The notes beneath the pieces were generated by a model. The model had not been told where the DNA came from and did not search any database. It was given only the letters and a program-made list of their open reading frames with translations. Shown here in pieces: positions 1 to 13,030 of a DNA stretch of 64,000 bases. Position 1 is the stretch's first letter. Each line of letters starts with the position of its first letter. A program made the position numbers and the translations under genes. This DNA comes from Octopus sinensis (Eukaryota): assembly GCF_006345805.1 (NCBI RefSeq), contig NC_043004.1, forward strand, positions 98,704,001 to 98,768,000, read 5' to 3'.

Positions 1-60
1 CTTCTAATCAGTTAAGATCATTAACCATGAGAGCCAGTGCCTGGTATTGAATCAAGACAT

Positions 61-485
61 ACTCTACTCTACTCTTTTACTCTTTTACTCTTTTACTTGT
101 TTCAGTCATTTGACTGCGGTCATGCTGGAGCACCGCCTTTAGTCGAGCAAATTGATCCCGGGACTTATTCTTTGTAAGCCCAGTACTTATTCTATTGGTC
201 TCTTTTGCCGAACCGCTAAGTGACGGGGACGTAAGCACACCAGCATCGGTTGTCAAGCAATGCTAGAGGGACAAACAAACATATACATACACATACATAC
301 ATACATATATATACATATATACGACAGGCTTCTTTCAGTTTCCGTCTACCAAATCCACTCACAAGGCATTGGTCGGCCCGAGGCTATAGCAGAAGACACT
401 TGCCCAAGATGCCACACAGTGGGACTGAACCCAGAACCATGTGGTTGGTAGGCAAGCTACTTACCACACAGCCACTCCTGCGCCT
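61..485 (-). mobile_element. tRNA-derived SINE, family A, full length
   Basis: Head GGCGCAGGAGTGGCTGTGTGGTAAGTAG..GGTTCAGTCCC (A/B-box-like), internal (TA)n/(TG)n, (AAAGAGT)n tail; more than 15 copies in the window. Confidence 0.9.
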
Positions 486-529
486 ATTATTATATATATT
501 ATTATTATATTTTTATTATTATTTTATTG

Positions 530-930
530 TCCTTACACATTGTCTAACACTGGAGATGTACAATGACGTCAGCTGTTCACTATCTGTGAACTAAGGTAAC
601 ACCCAGAATATCGGAGTGGTTACGAACAGTGCTGTTTTCTACAAGTGCTCCACCCTTATTTGTTCCATGTACTTCTATTTGTTCCATGTACTTCTCAAGA
701 TTTTTAATCACTGTTCCCAAGGCTCTGACAATCATTGGTACTACAACCACCTTTTTCAGCCACCACAACTGCTTTACCTCCCAAGCTAACCAGTCATATT
801 TATCGACTTTTCTTTCTTCCTTATTGCATACCTTCTTCTCAGCTGGGTGTGCTATATCTATGATCCAGCATCATTTGCTTTCTTTCTCAGTTAACACTAT
901 GTCTGGTTTCCTATTCTCTATCTCATAGTC
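530..930 (-). mobile_element. R4/Dong-like non-LTR retrotransposon 3' fragment (REL endonuclease)
   Basis: Translates to KPDIVL..CWIIDIAHP..KEERKVDKYD and VVPMIVRALGTV..; flanked by (TTA)n. Confidence 0.7.
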
Positions 931-1042
931 GCACTGAATCATAAAATCCAATAAGATCTTTGCATTATTATTTTCAATGATGCCTTCGGGTTTATGTTCG
1001 TACCACATTTTTGCTCTCTCTTATTATTATAATTATTATTAA

Positions 1043-1070
<28 letters not shown>

Positions 1071-1073
<3 letters not shown>

Positions 1074-1250
1074 TCTGTCAAGGAAGGATGTTATGTTTTC
1101 ATCGGCGTTGGTTTGTCCGTCTGTGTGCAAAATAACTCAAAATGTTGTAAACGGTATTTGATGAAACTTGCAGGAAATGTTGGTAATGACAGAAGGAACA
1201 GATGATGAAATTTTGGTAGTGATCCGGAATTTTTTATGGATTCTTGTTGT
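1071..1250. mobile_element. Degenerate non-autonomous Helentron/Helitron2-like repeat (tentative)
   Basis: Starts ACCTCTGTCAAGGAAGGATGTTATGTTTTCATCGGCG, resembling a terminal-hairpin repeat type I recall from aquatic animals; not verified. Confidence 0.35.
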
Positions 1251-1384
1251 TATTAATATTATTATTATTATTACTATCATTATTATTATTATTATTATTA
1301 TTATCATTATTTTTACTTTTAATTTGTTACAGTCACTGGCCAAGACACACTCAACGTCCTGGGGTGAGTGAAAGAGAAGAGATG

Positions 1385-1570
1385 TTACAATATGGCTGAA
1401 AGCTTGGGGAGGAGAGGTTGGGAAAAAAGGGATGTCAGAAACATCTAGATAAGATCCCAGGAGAACCATGTCTCAGAGAAATGCAAAAGATTGTACTGAC
1501 AAGTACTGCCCACAACCTTAGAAAAACCCCATCCATTTACATGTCAGTGCTGTTTAACATGAAAATATTT
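1385..1570 (+). mobile_element. R4/Dong-like REL C-terminal fragment
   Basis: KKGCQKHLDKIPGEPCLREMQKIVLTSTAHNLRK, a typical C-terminus of REL-bearing LINEs; followed by (TTA)n. Confidence 0.6.
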
Positions 1571-1660
1571 CACTACTTATTATCATTATTACCATTATTA
1601 TTATTATTGTTTTTGTTGTTGTTGCTGCTGTTATCGTTATTATTATTATTGTTGTTGTTG

Positions 1661-1703
<43 letters not shown>

Positions 1704-1739
1704 CATCATTATCATTATTATTATTATTATTAAGTCTGT

Positions 1740-1950
1740 AGGTTGGCCAAATAGTTAACCCTCAGACAAAATGCATAATGGTATTTCTTATGACTCTTTA
1801 CATTGTGAGTTCAAATCCTGCTGAGCTCAACTTTACCTTTCATCTTTTCGGGGGTCAATAAAATAAGTACCAGTGAAACAGAGATGCTGATGTAATCAAC
1901 TTGCCTTCACTATCTCAAAATTACTGGTCTTGTACCAAGCTTTGAAACAA
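1740..1950 (+). mobile_element. SINE family B, degenerate
   Basis: GAGTTCAAATCC B-box followed by the CCTTTCATC..GGGGTCAATAAAAATAAGTACCAG body. Confidence 0.7.
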
Positions 1951-1976
1951 TTAACTTATTATTATCATTATAGACT

Positions 1977-2136
1977 TGCAGGAGTGGCTGTGTGGTAAGT
2001 AGCTTGTCTACCAACCACATGGTTCCGGGTTCAGTCCCACTGCATGGCACCTTGGGCAAGTGTCTTCTACTATAGCCTTGGGCCGACCAAAGCCTTGTGA
2101 GTGGATTTGGTAGACGGAAACTGAAAGAAGCCCGTC

Positions 2137-2189
<53 letters not shown>

Positions 2190-2410
2190 TGTGTGTGTTG
2201 TGTGTCTGTGTTTGTCCCCTAGCATTGCTTGACAACCGATGCTGGTGTGTTTATGTCCCCGTTACTTAGCAGTTTGGCAAAAGAGACCGATAGAATAAGT
2301 ACTGGGCTTACAAAAGAATAAGTCCCAGGGTGAAGTTGCTCGATTAAAGGCGGTGCTCCAGCATGGCAACAGTCAAATGACTGAAACAAGTAAAAGAGTA
2401 GAAGAGAGTA
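1977..2410 (+). mobile_element. SINE family A, full length
   Basis: Same head, body and tail as 61-485, opposite orientation. Confidence 0.9.
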
Positions 2411-2419
2411 TCCAATATC

Positions 2420-2850
2420 ATGATGCTGTTGATTGAAGATTTCGTGTATACTGGGGGTTTTGTATTGTCTGTCAAGTAACAGCAAGGACCTCTGAACGAC
2501 AGTATTTTACACAATGTGCATGCAGTTCCAAGTAATGCTGACCTTTGCAATGCATCTAAATTGCAGGGTATTTCTAAGGTTTCCAGATGATTTTTCAGGT
2601 TGGATGGTATTCAACTCAATGCTCCAATGACAATAGGGACAACCTTTATGTTTGACTCTCATAGCTGCCAAATCTTAGTGATCTCAATTCTTAGGTCTCC
2701 ATATTTATCAACTTTTCTCTTTCTTCCCTGATAATATGTTTATCTGGCACTCTTGTTTGTCACTCCTAAAGGTTAATATATCCAGCCTTTGGTGCTCCAA
2801 CACCTAGTCTGTCTGGAAATCAAAGACCCAAAAGATTTTTTCCTTTCCCT
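2420..2850 (-). mobile_element. R4/Dong-like REL 3' fragment
   Basis: Translates to VPIVIGALS..LQRSALLGTAC..KIL with an upstream FQTD motif; contains stops and frameshifts. Confidence 0.65.
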
Positions 2851-2996
2851 TTTCATCCATTACTTTTTCCAGTGTATGTTGGTAGCAAGCAATTGTTACC
2901 TCTTATCCATACTTCCGACATAGTAGCCAGTAAAGCTTTTAGGCTAACTTGTGTCTGCACTTGTACTCTTTCTGTGCAAGGCTTCCACAAGCACAT

Positions 2997-3170
<174 letters not shown>

Positions 3171-3390
3171 TGGGCAAAATACTCAGTGGCATTTCATTCA
3201 TCTGAGGTTAACTTTGCTATTCATCCTATTGAGGTCAGTAAAATAAGTACCAGTTGAGCACTGGGGTCGATATAATCAGCTTCCCTCCTCCTCTGAACTT
3301 GCTGGTCTTGTACCAAAATTTGAAACTATTATCATCATTATTATCATCATCAAGGTCGTCGTCATTGTTGTTGTTGTTGTTGTTATTATT

Positions 3391-3428
<38 letters not shown>

Positions 3429-3429
3429 T

Positions 3430-3464
<35 letters not shown>

Positions 3465-3625
3465 TTTTATTATTATTGCTGATGCTGTTGTTGTTGTTGT
3501 CGTCATTATTGTTATTATTATAATATCAGAGGATTGCCCTGCAAGAGTCCTGTGCTGGTGCCACATCAAAAGCACTTGTGTTGGTGCCACATAAGAAGCA
3601 CTGCTGGTGCCACGTAAGCACACCT
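3171..3625. repeat. SINE B fragment, (TCA)/(TGT)n tracts and three ~24-bp TGCTGGTGCCAC..AAGCAC units
   Basis: Direct reading; the units resemble the RTE 3'UTR repeats elsewhere in the window. Confidence 0.7.
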
Positions 3626-3659
3626 AGCCATTGTATTATAATGAAATATTCATTGAACA

Positions 3660-4130
3660 TTCCCAGTTCTTATCTTCCCAGATCCCAGATTGGTCTATTG
3701 ACTGACTTCTTATCCAGAAGAATAGATATATTTCCATTACTATAAATCTTGAGTAACTTATGAGATCAATTACATTGTTATAACATCTTAGCATGGCTCA
3801 AAAATTGATGTCAGCTAGTCAGACAAATAAACTACAACAACCTCTATTGCATACATGTAATGCACCTTCCCTTTGTCTGTTCTGCTGTTACTAAACAACC
3901 AATGATCTTCTGAACTAGTGAATCACATGTCCCAATTGACACAGGTTTCTCTCTTTTTCTCATTACCACACTGTCTCCTTCTAATGACTGCATTAACTTC
4001 TGTTTCCAATCTTTTCTTCCAGACAGCAGCAAACCTCTAGAAACTACTTTTATAAATAATTTTTTCCCAACAGATGTTGAATTCTTGCTGTTAAAACTGA
4101 ACATAAACTTAAGCCATTATGATATGATTT
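3660..4130 (-). pseudogene. Ancient LINE reverse transcriptase relic
   Basis: Frame KRLETEVNAVIRRRQCG..KRET resembles the RT domain 2 QxGFR region; many stops. Confidence 0.4.
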
Positions 4131-5055
4131 TATCAAGCTTGCTGAGTCTGCAAAGGACGTGGGCATTGCCCCTTTCTCCTAGCTATGTCTTAAGAGCATC
4201 CAACAATAAGAAAACCTAAAACAAACAAAAAATACAAAACAAAAATCACAAAAATAAAGCTGCAAGCATATTTTCAACATCTGATATTCTTCAATGAATG
4301 AAGTAGTTAATATCTACTATCAAAAGTGTGTGTGTGTGTGTGTGTGTGTGTACACAAGTATCATATCTACTTCATATTCAATATCAAAGAATACCAAAAA
4401 GTCACATACTTGAATTCCATTGTCAAAGGATATATTTGAATAAATTTACATCCAGTATCAAAAAGATCAATAACTGTATTCACAAATAACAAATGATATC
4501 ATTAAATTGGCTTAGATCTAATTTCAATAAGATATCGGCAAAATATTGATTATTCATCAAATATCAAAGGATTTCACTGGATTATCTATATCTTATATGA
4601 AAGAATATCAGTAAATTACTTTATATCACACAAACATTGGATGATTGATATCACCAAATTAGAATATTACAATCAACTAAACAAGACATTTGATATCATA
4701 CGCTACAAGTTAATTACATACGATATGAATTTCTCACATAGATAGATATAACAGATTTATAGTAATATTCTTTGAATTATTAGTTAGTAAGGACACCATC
4801 GGAAGCTTCATCCACATTCTGTAATTTATGAGACAATACACCAGAATGGCTTTATATGCAAGAATAAAACAGAAGAGGTAGTAGTTTCACTGATGGAGAC
4901 TGGGGTCTGATTGTAATAATACAGGTTTGATGGTGTACTTATTGACTGCTAGTGACTGCTCTGGTATGGTGATAACTAAAGTAGTAAATTGTAACTATTT
5001 AGTGACTGTTGTGGTGATATATTGAGGTGTTTGCTGTTGTGGTATAGTGAGATCC

Positions 5056-5239
5056 GTATTTCATTTGTCGTTATGTTGTGAGTTCAAATTCTGCCAAGGT
5101 CGACTTTGCCTTTCATCCTTTCGGGGTCGATAAATTAAGCACCAGTTACGCACTGGGGTCGATGTAATCGACTTAATACCTATGTCTGTCCTTGTTTGTC
5201 CCCTCTGTGTTTAGCCCCTTGTGGGTAATAAAGAAATAG
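5056..5239 (+). mobile_element. SINE B internal 184-bp monomer with a 14-15 bp TSD
   Basis: GTATTTC..AAAGAAATAG flanked by GTATAG[T/G]GAGATCC (5042-5055, 5240-5253). Confidence 0.8.
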
Positions 5240-5535
5240 GTATAGGGAGATCCCAAAAAGTGCAACGATATCTGGTGGGGTTTAGTAAAGGTTGAAACGG
5301 TACCTGCTGAAGTTTAGATTCGACCGTTGTGTGCTCTGGTTGTTACTGAAGTAATATGATATAGCAATAGTAATGCAATGCATACAAGTTAGTAAGTTAC
5401 TAGTTATGAAAGATGTAATGGTGTTCATGTAGTGATGAAAGACATAGTGGTGTTTTTATGGTTGTGGGGGTTATAATTGTGAATGGGTGTAGTATGAATC
5501 AGCCCTTAACCTGGATAATTCAAACATCATGGACC

Positions 5536-5572
<37 letters not shown>

Positions 5573-5819
5573 AGTCTAAACAAAGTCAGCTTCTTTCAGA
5601 GAGAAAGAAAGGATGAGGGGGAAGAGGGGAGAAAAGGAGGAGGAAAACGGAGCATCCTTACGACTTGTGTGATTGAGATCATAGAGTTGTGTATAAAGAT
5701 GGTTGCTGTTATAAGGTGTGGTGGTTATTTTAATGGTGTGATAATTACTGTAGTTATATATTGATGACTGAAGGTGTACGATGGCAATCATAGTAGTACA
5801 ACAATAATTATTGTAGTCA

Positions 5820-5980
5820 AAGTTGGCGAGCTGGCAGGAATGTTAGCACACCGGGCAAAATGCTTAGCGGTATTTCATCTGTCTTATGTTCTGAGTTCAA
5901 ATTCCAATGAGGTCGAATTTGCATTTCAACCTTTTGAGGTCAATAACTTAAGTACCAGTTACATACTGGGGTCAATCTAA
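5820..5980 (+). mobile_element. SINE family B with tRNA head, 3' truncated
   Basis: GGCGAGCTGGCAGGAATGTTAGCAC..GAGTTCAAATTCC. Confidence 0.8.
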
Positions 5981-6189
5981 TAGAAGAAGAAGAAGAAGAA
6001 CCACATATTCCCTGCTTCAATTTTTCCTGCTACCAGCCATTCTCATATTTTTCCACTCTTGTGTCTTTCTCTCTGTCCCTTCCTCAATTTGTTTACCCAG
6101 TCCCTTTGTGACATCCTATACCTCTTTCATCAAGTGTTCATTCATGCATAACCATATTCATTGGCACTATGATATCAAAGTTTCACTAT

Positions 6190-6475
6190 TATCATCATCA
6201 TCATCGTTTAACGTCCGTTTTCCATGCTAGCATGGGTTGGACGGTTCGACTGGAGTCTGGGAAGCCTGGAGGCTGCACCAGGAGTCTGATCTGGCAGTGC
6301 TTCTACAGCTGGATGCCCTTCCTAACGCCAACCACTCCGTGAGTGTAGTGGGTGCTTTTTACATGCCACGGGCACAGGTGCCAGGTGAGGCTGGCAACGG
6401 CCACGGTCAGTTGGTGCTTTTTACATGCCACCGGCACAGGTGTCAGGGGAGACTAGCAGGTGCCATGGGAGGCTT
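6190..6475 (-). mobile_element. RTE LINE 3' end
   Basis: (GAT)n tail, GGATGCCCTTCCTAACGCCAACC motif and ~60-bp UTR repeats; same family as 30500-31870. Confidence 0.8.
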
Positions 6476-6854
6476 AGTTTATTCATTAACTGCAATATTC
6501 TACACTGATCACTTATTTGTTTTACCAATGATAATAGTGATGGTGAAAACCATGAAAGCAATGGTGAGGATGACAATCCATTATACATTCTTCAATGAAC
6601 AGCAAAATATATAATGATTTCTAATATTGGGCACGTAAGCCATTCATTTCAAGAGAGGGATACAATTGATTAAAAGAATCCTGTACATTGGATGAGCTTA
6701 TTTTATCGGCCTTGGAGAGCTGAAAAGCAAAAGTGATCTTAGCAGGATTTGATCTCAGAACAGAGAAAATTACATAAATATTGTGATCTGGTCTGTCTGC
6801 ACTCTACAACTTTAGTCAATGTAGTGACTTAGCCTATTGTACAATAATAGACTG

Positions 6855-7221
6855 GATTATTGTTTGATAGGAGGAGGACTGAGGATTTGATGGCAATGCT
6901 GGGGTTGGAGGAATCGGGGGAACGGTTGGCAAGGGCAAATGGAGTGAGGTGGTATGGGTATGTGTTGAGGAGGAATGAAGAGCATGTTCTGAAGAGGGTG
7001 ACTGCATTTGAGGTAAATGGAGCACGAAAGCAAGGTAGACTGACGAAATGGTGAAGTGGACAGGTAGAGGAGGAGACTGGGAGGGTTGGTTTGAAAAGAG
7101 AGGACACCCGAAACCTGGTGAGATGGTGTGAGGGCAGTTACTATGGCATTGAAGTAGATCTAGCCACCCCTGCTAATGGAGACAAAACCTGGATTTAAAA
7201 CACTGGATGATGATGATGATG
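6855..7221 (+). mobile_element. RTE-clade LINE 3' fragment
   Basis: VRWYGYVLRRNEEHVLKRVTAFEVNGARKQGR.. then a (GAT)n tail. Confidence 0.75.
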
Positions 7222-8027
7222 GTTCTTAAACTCAATTGATAAATATATTCAGCAGTGACTTACTATATGTAAAAAAAAAAGGGTAAATATATGGGAAGGA
7301 TATGATCCCAAAACCAATATGTCAAAAATGAAAATAGGATTAAAAGTTGGATTGTAGATGATGTATATTGGTTTTCTTTTGCACCAACCTCATCTGTTAG
7401 CATATTGCCTATTATATCATTCCTTGCTACAAAGGTACAAGGCCCGAAGTTTTGTGAGAGAAAATAAGTCGATTACATTGACCCCAGTGATTGACTGGCA
7501 CTTGTGTTATTAAGTCCCTGAAAGGATGAAAAACAAAGTTTTCCTTGACGAAATTTGAACTCAAAATGTAAAGATGGAGGAAATGCTGCTAAGCATTCTT
7601 TCCAGTGTATGATCAAGTCAGCCATCTTGCTGCCGTGTTTTCAAATACAGAAATACACTCATGAATGTACATATGTCCTTTTTTCTTCATTTCTGTTTTT
7701 GAGCTGGAGAGAGAATTTTGTAATTAGGATTAAAATTAAAGATAAACAAAGAAAGAAGTTTTCTTTGGATGTTATTTTAAAAAAATAAATAAAGATTTCC
7801 CACTGCTAATAGGTATGTTTGTGGATTCATTTTTTCCTTCTAATGTAATCTTGTGTATATATAGCTATATTTCTACTATAATTAAGAAAAAAACTGGCCT
7901 AGTGATTTGTGTGTTGGCCTCAAGATCAGTTCCTCACAGGTTCTATTCCTAGGCCATGTAGCTAGATAAGTTCTTAAGTATGGCACAAATTTACAGTCTG
8001 CTCAGTTCGAAAGGACAGACATATATA

Positions 8028-8243
8028 GGCGCAGGAGTAGCTGTGTGGTATGTAGCTTGCTAACCAACCACATGGTTCTGGGTTCAGTCCCACTGCGTGG
8101 CATCTTGAGCAAGTGTCTTCTGCTATAGCTTCGGGCTGACCAAAGCCTTGTGAGTGGATTTGGTAGACGGAAACTGAAAGAAGCCTGTCGTATATATGTG
8201 TATATATATATATATATGTATGTGTGTATGTTTGTGTGTCTGT
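8028..8243 (+). mobile_element. SINE family A, 3' truncated
   Basis: Head and body up to the internal microsatellite. Confidence 0.85.
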
Positions 8244-8450
8244 GGGGAGTTTTCTATTTTCAGACACTTAAAACAGCACAGAAAGCAGGATAAATTCCAG
8301 TTTATTAAGCTAAATTGTTGATTCAAGACAGATAGTAACTAACTTTTAACTATTATGATTATTTTGAAATATGAAGATGATGACAAACAAAGACAAAGGG
8401 AAGAAGAGTTGCTTCTAATGACAAAATATTCTACATACATACGTACATAT

Positions 8451-8835
8451 ACTCTTTTACTTGTTTCAGTCATTTTACTGTGGCCATGCTGGAGCACCGC
8501 CTTTAGTTGAGCAAATCGAGGAAACTTATTCTTTGTAAACCCAGTACTTATTCTATCAGTCACCTTTTGCCGAACCGCTAAGTAACGGGGACGTAAACAC
8601 ACCAGCATCGGTTGTCAAGCAATGCTAGGGGGACAAACACAGACACACAAACATACACACACACGCATACATATATATATATATATACATATATACGACG
8701 GGCTTCTTTCACAAGGCATTGGTCGGCCCGAGGCTATAGCGGAAGACACTTGCCTAAGGTGCCACGCAGTGGGACTGAACCCGGAACCATGTGGTTGGTT
8801 AGCAAGCTACTTACCACACAGCGACACCTGCGCCT
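8451..8835 (-). mobile_element. SINE family A with an internal deletion
   Basis: Full head and tail; lacks the AGTTTCCGTCTACCAAATCCACTC segment. Confidence 0.85.
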
Positions 8836-9249
8836 ATATATATATATATATGTAATTTTTCCATTGTCTTGACTTAACAGCCCTCATCGTTTGTTTTTAC
8901 TGTCTTGTTCTCACTGTCCTGTTCTTGTTACCACTTTCACACCCCGCAAAATATCCCAAATTTGATTTAATTTGATTTGCAGGAAGAACTGTTTCAACGA
9001 AGTCGCATCAACGAAACGAGGAGTAGTTGAAACAGAGACAACTGAAGAAGGGGAATATTCTTTATGTTGTATGCCTCGTTTCTCTGGGGTTTTTTTTCAT
9101 TGTTTGAAAAAAAGTTTGTTTCTATATTTTTGTTTCTCATTGTGTTCAACGTTTTTTTGGAAATCCTCTACCCATATATGCATGTATATATACATATATG
9201 TATATATATGTAGGTATGTATATATGCATATATTTATATATTATTTATA

Positions 9250-9282
<33 letters not shown>

Positions 9283-9323
9283 TTTCCTCTGTCTTCCCTT
9301 CTCTGGATCTTTCCTTCTCCTAT

Positions 9324-9358
9324 GTTTCCAACGGAGAGCTCCACTCGAAACGTTAAAC
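9324..9358 (+). ncRNA. Decayed minimal hammerhead ribozyme fold
   Basis: GTTT / CCAACGG (CUGANGA with 3 changes) / A-GAG-CTCCA-CTC / GAAA-CGT-T / AAAC. Confidence 0.45.
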
Positions 9359-10449
9359 CCTCCTTCTTTCCTTCTTTCCTGAGCGTCCAATAATACTATA
9401 TTTGTTCCACGTCCTCGCGTCGTTGTGTTTTTTTTGTGCTTTCTTGTTTGGATTAAATTATATATATATATATAAATGAAGGATTTCTAGCATTTCATGT
9501 GGAATAGTTGGTGGCTAGTGGACCCAGCACACTGTTGCTAAAAGCCAAAACAACTGTTCTGTGTCATCGTGCCACAAAACTGAATTTAGCTGAAAATACA
9601 TTCTATAGAAAATGGAACGACCGTCAAATATTAAGTAATGTGATTGTGTCTGCAATGTGTTAGAGCAACAGTGACAAATTGTATTTGTATAATAACAGAA
9701 AACAATGTCATTGTTATAGATGTCAATGTTATTGTCATCGTTGTCGTCGTCATCAGTGTTGGCAGCAGCAAAGGTGTCAGCAGCACTGGCATTGACGTCA
9801 TCACAGTAGTTGAGGTTGTAGTAGTAGTTGTTTAACACTAAGTACACTTCTGAAAGATTAGATTTAAGGTCAAAGGCTTTCCAGACACGGCCATCACTCA
9901 TTTTCAATAAAGAATCTGTTACCAATATATTCCTTTATTTTCAAAATGTTAGGAATAGCTGCAGGAGTGGCTGTGTGGTAAGTAGCTTGCTTACCTGTCA
10001 CATGGTTCTGGGTTCAGTTCCACTGCATGGCACCTTGGGCAAGTGTCTTCTAGTTTTACAATAAAACAGGATAATTTTTCCTGGTCAAGCCTTATCATTG
10101 TATACTTTGAAAAAGGCTCAACCAACCAAATGCTCTTCTTCATACCACTCCTATTTTTGGCATATGTTTCCAGGTCATCAACAAAACAACTATGAGCAAT
10201 ACTGGTGATTTTGTCTTTCTGTGAGCCAACCCTGTGCTATTCAAATTTCCTCAACAAAAATTATTAAGGATTTCTGGTAAGTATCAATGGCATTACAGAA
10301 ATACTGTCACCTTAAACTGTAACTTTTGATGCTAGCATAGAAAAATAAATCATTTATTGTTCTTAACTTCAGGAACATGGTTCAAGACGAAGGCTTTGTT
10401 TATGCATGAATGTATGTGTTATGCATCAATGTAGAAAACACAAACAGGT

Positions 10450-11135
10450 TCACATTTTAAACTTGGTAAAAGTCTTGCATATTGTTACTGTTTCACTCAC
10501 AGTTTATATTTGTAATGTGTAAATTTGCTGGTTGATCTCTTCTTCTTAAAACCCTAGTTTATCCAGATTGTCATTTAAGCATTTACTCACAGAACCAAGT
10601 GCAGCAATTATTATAGCTATAAAACTGGATTTATAAATCTCAATATAGAAGCTAGAGGTTTCAAAACAGTTCCTCTTTCTCTTTGATTTTCAAAGAAATC
10701 TTTGCATCAGGAGGGTAGCTGACCTCTGTGACGGTCCATACTTTTTCTTGTCATAGATAATAATATCTTGTCTGTTATGTTTACACTAGACAAAACTTTA
10801 GATGGATATGTTCCACCAACATTTCTTGTGTTTATATTTGTGTATGCATTCAATAACAGAGGGATTCCCTATACGCATTCCAAAATAGCTTTTTTGTTTT
10901 TTTCAAATGACATTTTATATTGATTTAGCTATGTCATGTTACATAGAGATGTAGTACCTTAAAGCCATTTTTGGACATCTACTAATCCCATGTAACATGT
11001 CTTCCACAGAAATATAACATAATCTACATTTTTGATTGGAATACAAGGCTCCTAGAGCTTCACTGTCTCTTGTTTACTAGATATTACATAGCAATATCCT
11101 GTACTTGGTTGGCAAATGCATAGCCTTAGACGTGT
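10450..11135 (-). mobile_element. REL-type non-LTR retrotransposon 3' end (zinc knuckle + REL endonuclease)
   Basis: QKCRLCYISVEDMLHGISRCPKM..HDIAK (CCHC), then TDKILL..WTVTEVSYPPD..KEKE, IIIAALGSV..ICKTFTKFKM*. Confidence 0.75.
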
Positions 11136-11334
11136 GATGAGGCAGTCAGGAGCCCAAGAGAAGCTGCACTTCATGTTGATACTGCTGTCTGTAATACCCA
11201 TGAATAGTCATATTTTTGTTTTGATATGTTGAGTATTTAATATCCAGGTCGTCTTTGAGGTATGTATGTATGTACGTGTGTGTTTTTGTGTGCATGTGTA
11301 CTAATGTAAGTCTGTATGTATATAGATATATGTG

Positions 11335-11635
11335 GAGGCACATGACCAAGTGGTTAGAGCAGTGGACTCGCGGTCAAGAGAACACGGGTTCGAATCTCAT
11401 ACCGGGCGATGTGTGTGTTTATGAGTGAAACACCTAAACTCCATGCGGCTCCGGTAGAAGGTAATGGCGAACTTCTGCTGACTCTTTCACCATAACTTTC
11501 TCTCACTCTTTCCTCCTGCATCTTGCAGCTCACCTGTGACGGACCAGTGTCCCGTCCAGGTGGAGAACCTATACACCAAGGAAACCGGGAAACCGGCCCT
11601 TATGAGCTTGAGAAGGAACAAACAACAACAACAAT
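11335..11635 (+). mobile_element. SINE family C (tRNA head, V-SINE-like central domain)
   Basis: AGTGGTTAG..GGTTCGAATC head; GACGGACCAGTGTCCCGTCCAGGTG resembles the V domain; (CAA)n tail; second copy at 45165-45468. Confidence 0.75.
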
Positions 11636-13030
11636 ATAGATATATATGTGTATGCATGTGTGTGTGTGTTTGTGTGCATACTTATTATATACGTATGTAC
11701 AGATATATGCATATGTTGATATGGCTATTGTTATTACATTTTTCTTTAGCTAGTTTCAGTCAGTGGACACATTGCCATCCATGCCTGTGCTCTTTGATAA
11801 ACTCACAAGATTCTGCAATAGATTGGTGAATAGTTGCACAGAAGATAAAATGGAATCCAAGTCTGAAAATAAGGTTGAATTCATCGAAAGAAATGCATAA
11901 AAACCGAAGAAAAGATTTATATAAAGGCAAAAAAAAGAAATGCCTTTACAAAACAGACTGACACACAAACACACATACACACACACAAATATAAGGAAGC
12001 AAAAGAATTTATAAGAATCTCAGCATGGATAGTTTTTTTTTTTTATTAATTGCACAAATCTAAAACAAATCCAAAACTAAAAAGTATGTAAAGAATGATA
12101 AATACGATAAAATAAGTAATAGTGCAAGAAATAAAAAAAAACCCAAATATTTTAAAATTAAAAAGCACAAAAAAAACAATGAAAACCTCAACATAATTTT
12201 GTGAGTTTTTGTGTTGTTAGTGTTATAATGTGGGAAATTATAGCACAGGTTGAGATGATTGCTAACTAGATAAAGCCAATCCCTCATAGCTTAACAATGT
12301 ATGGTAACAAGAAGAAGGAAAAAAAAAAGAAAAAACAAGTGATTATATCAAATGCTTGTTGATATCCCATGTCCATAAAATGTGACACCTGTTCAATTTA
12401 ACTGGACAAGCTTACGGATATTGCAAATTGTGTTCACTTGATAGTTTTTGTTCATGAAGACATTCCTTATTCGTAAAGCCAGTGCTATGGACAACATGAA
12501 GCATTGATATATTAAAGAAGAAGTGAAGGTGTTCACCATGCTTGTTTTGTTTTCTATCTTTTTTGTATCATTTTTTATCTTATTTTATTTTACTTTATTT
12601 ATTTTTTTCTTTACAATCTTATCTTAAAGAAACACAGATAATGGAAATGTATTGCTATATGTACAGATGGCACTGCAATCATGTCAAGAGAGAATATTGG
12701 CTACAAACATAGAGTTCTACAAAAGTATTGAGAAAAAGAAAAAAAAAGAAATGGTACAAAATAATGCTGTGTGTGAGTGTCTGTGCACATGTGTGTGTGT
12801 ATGTGTACACAGGCACACACACATTCACACATGCACACAGATAGACAGAAAACATGAAATAAGTCAGAGGTGGCAGTGTCAATAGTATATTGACCTATAA
12901 CGTGGACATTTACCAGTTCAAATCCTTTTAGTGCTGGTGAAAATGTTTTGAATCTCAATGATCATGTCAAAGAAAGCTCTCTGCTAAAATACAGACTATA
13001 GAATATGCAAGTTAATAGCAACTAAATATT

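Noticed and set aside
10170-10420. Splice-like signals TTCCAG|..CTG|GTAAGT and a short TWFKTKALFMHE frame
   Set aside because: The first candidate exon has stops in all three frames; the second is too short to support
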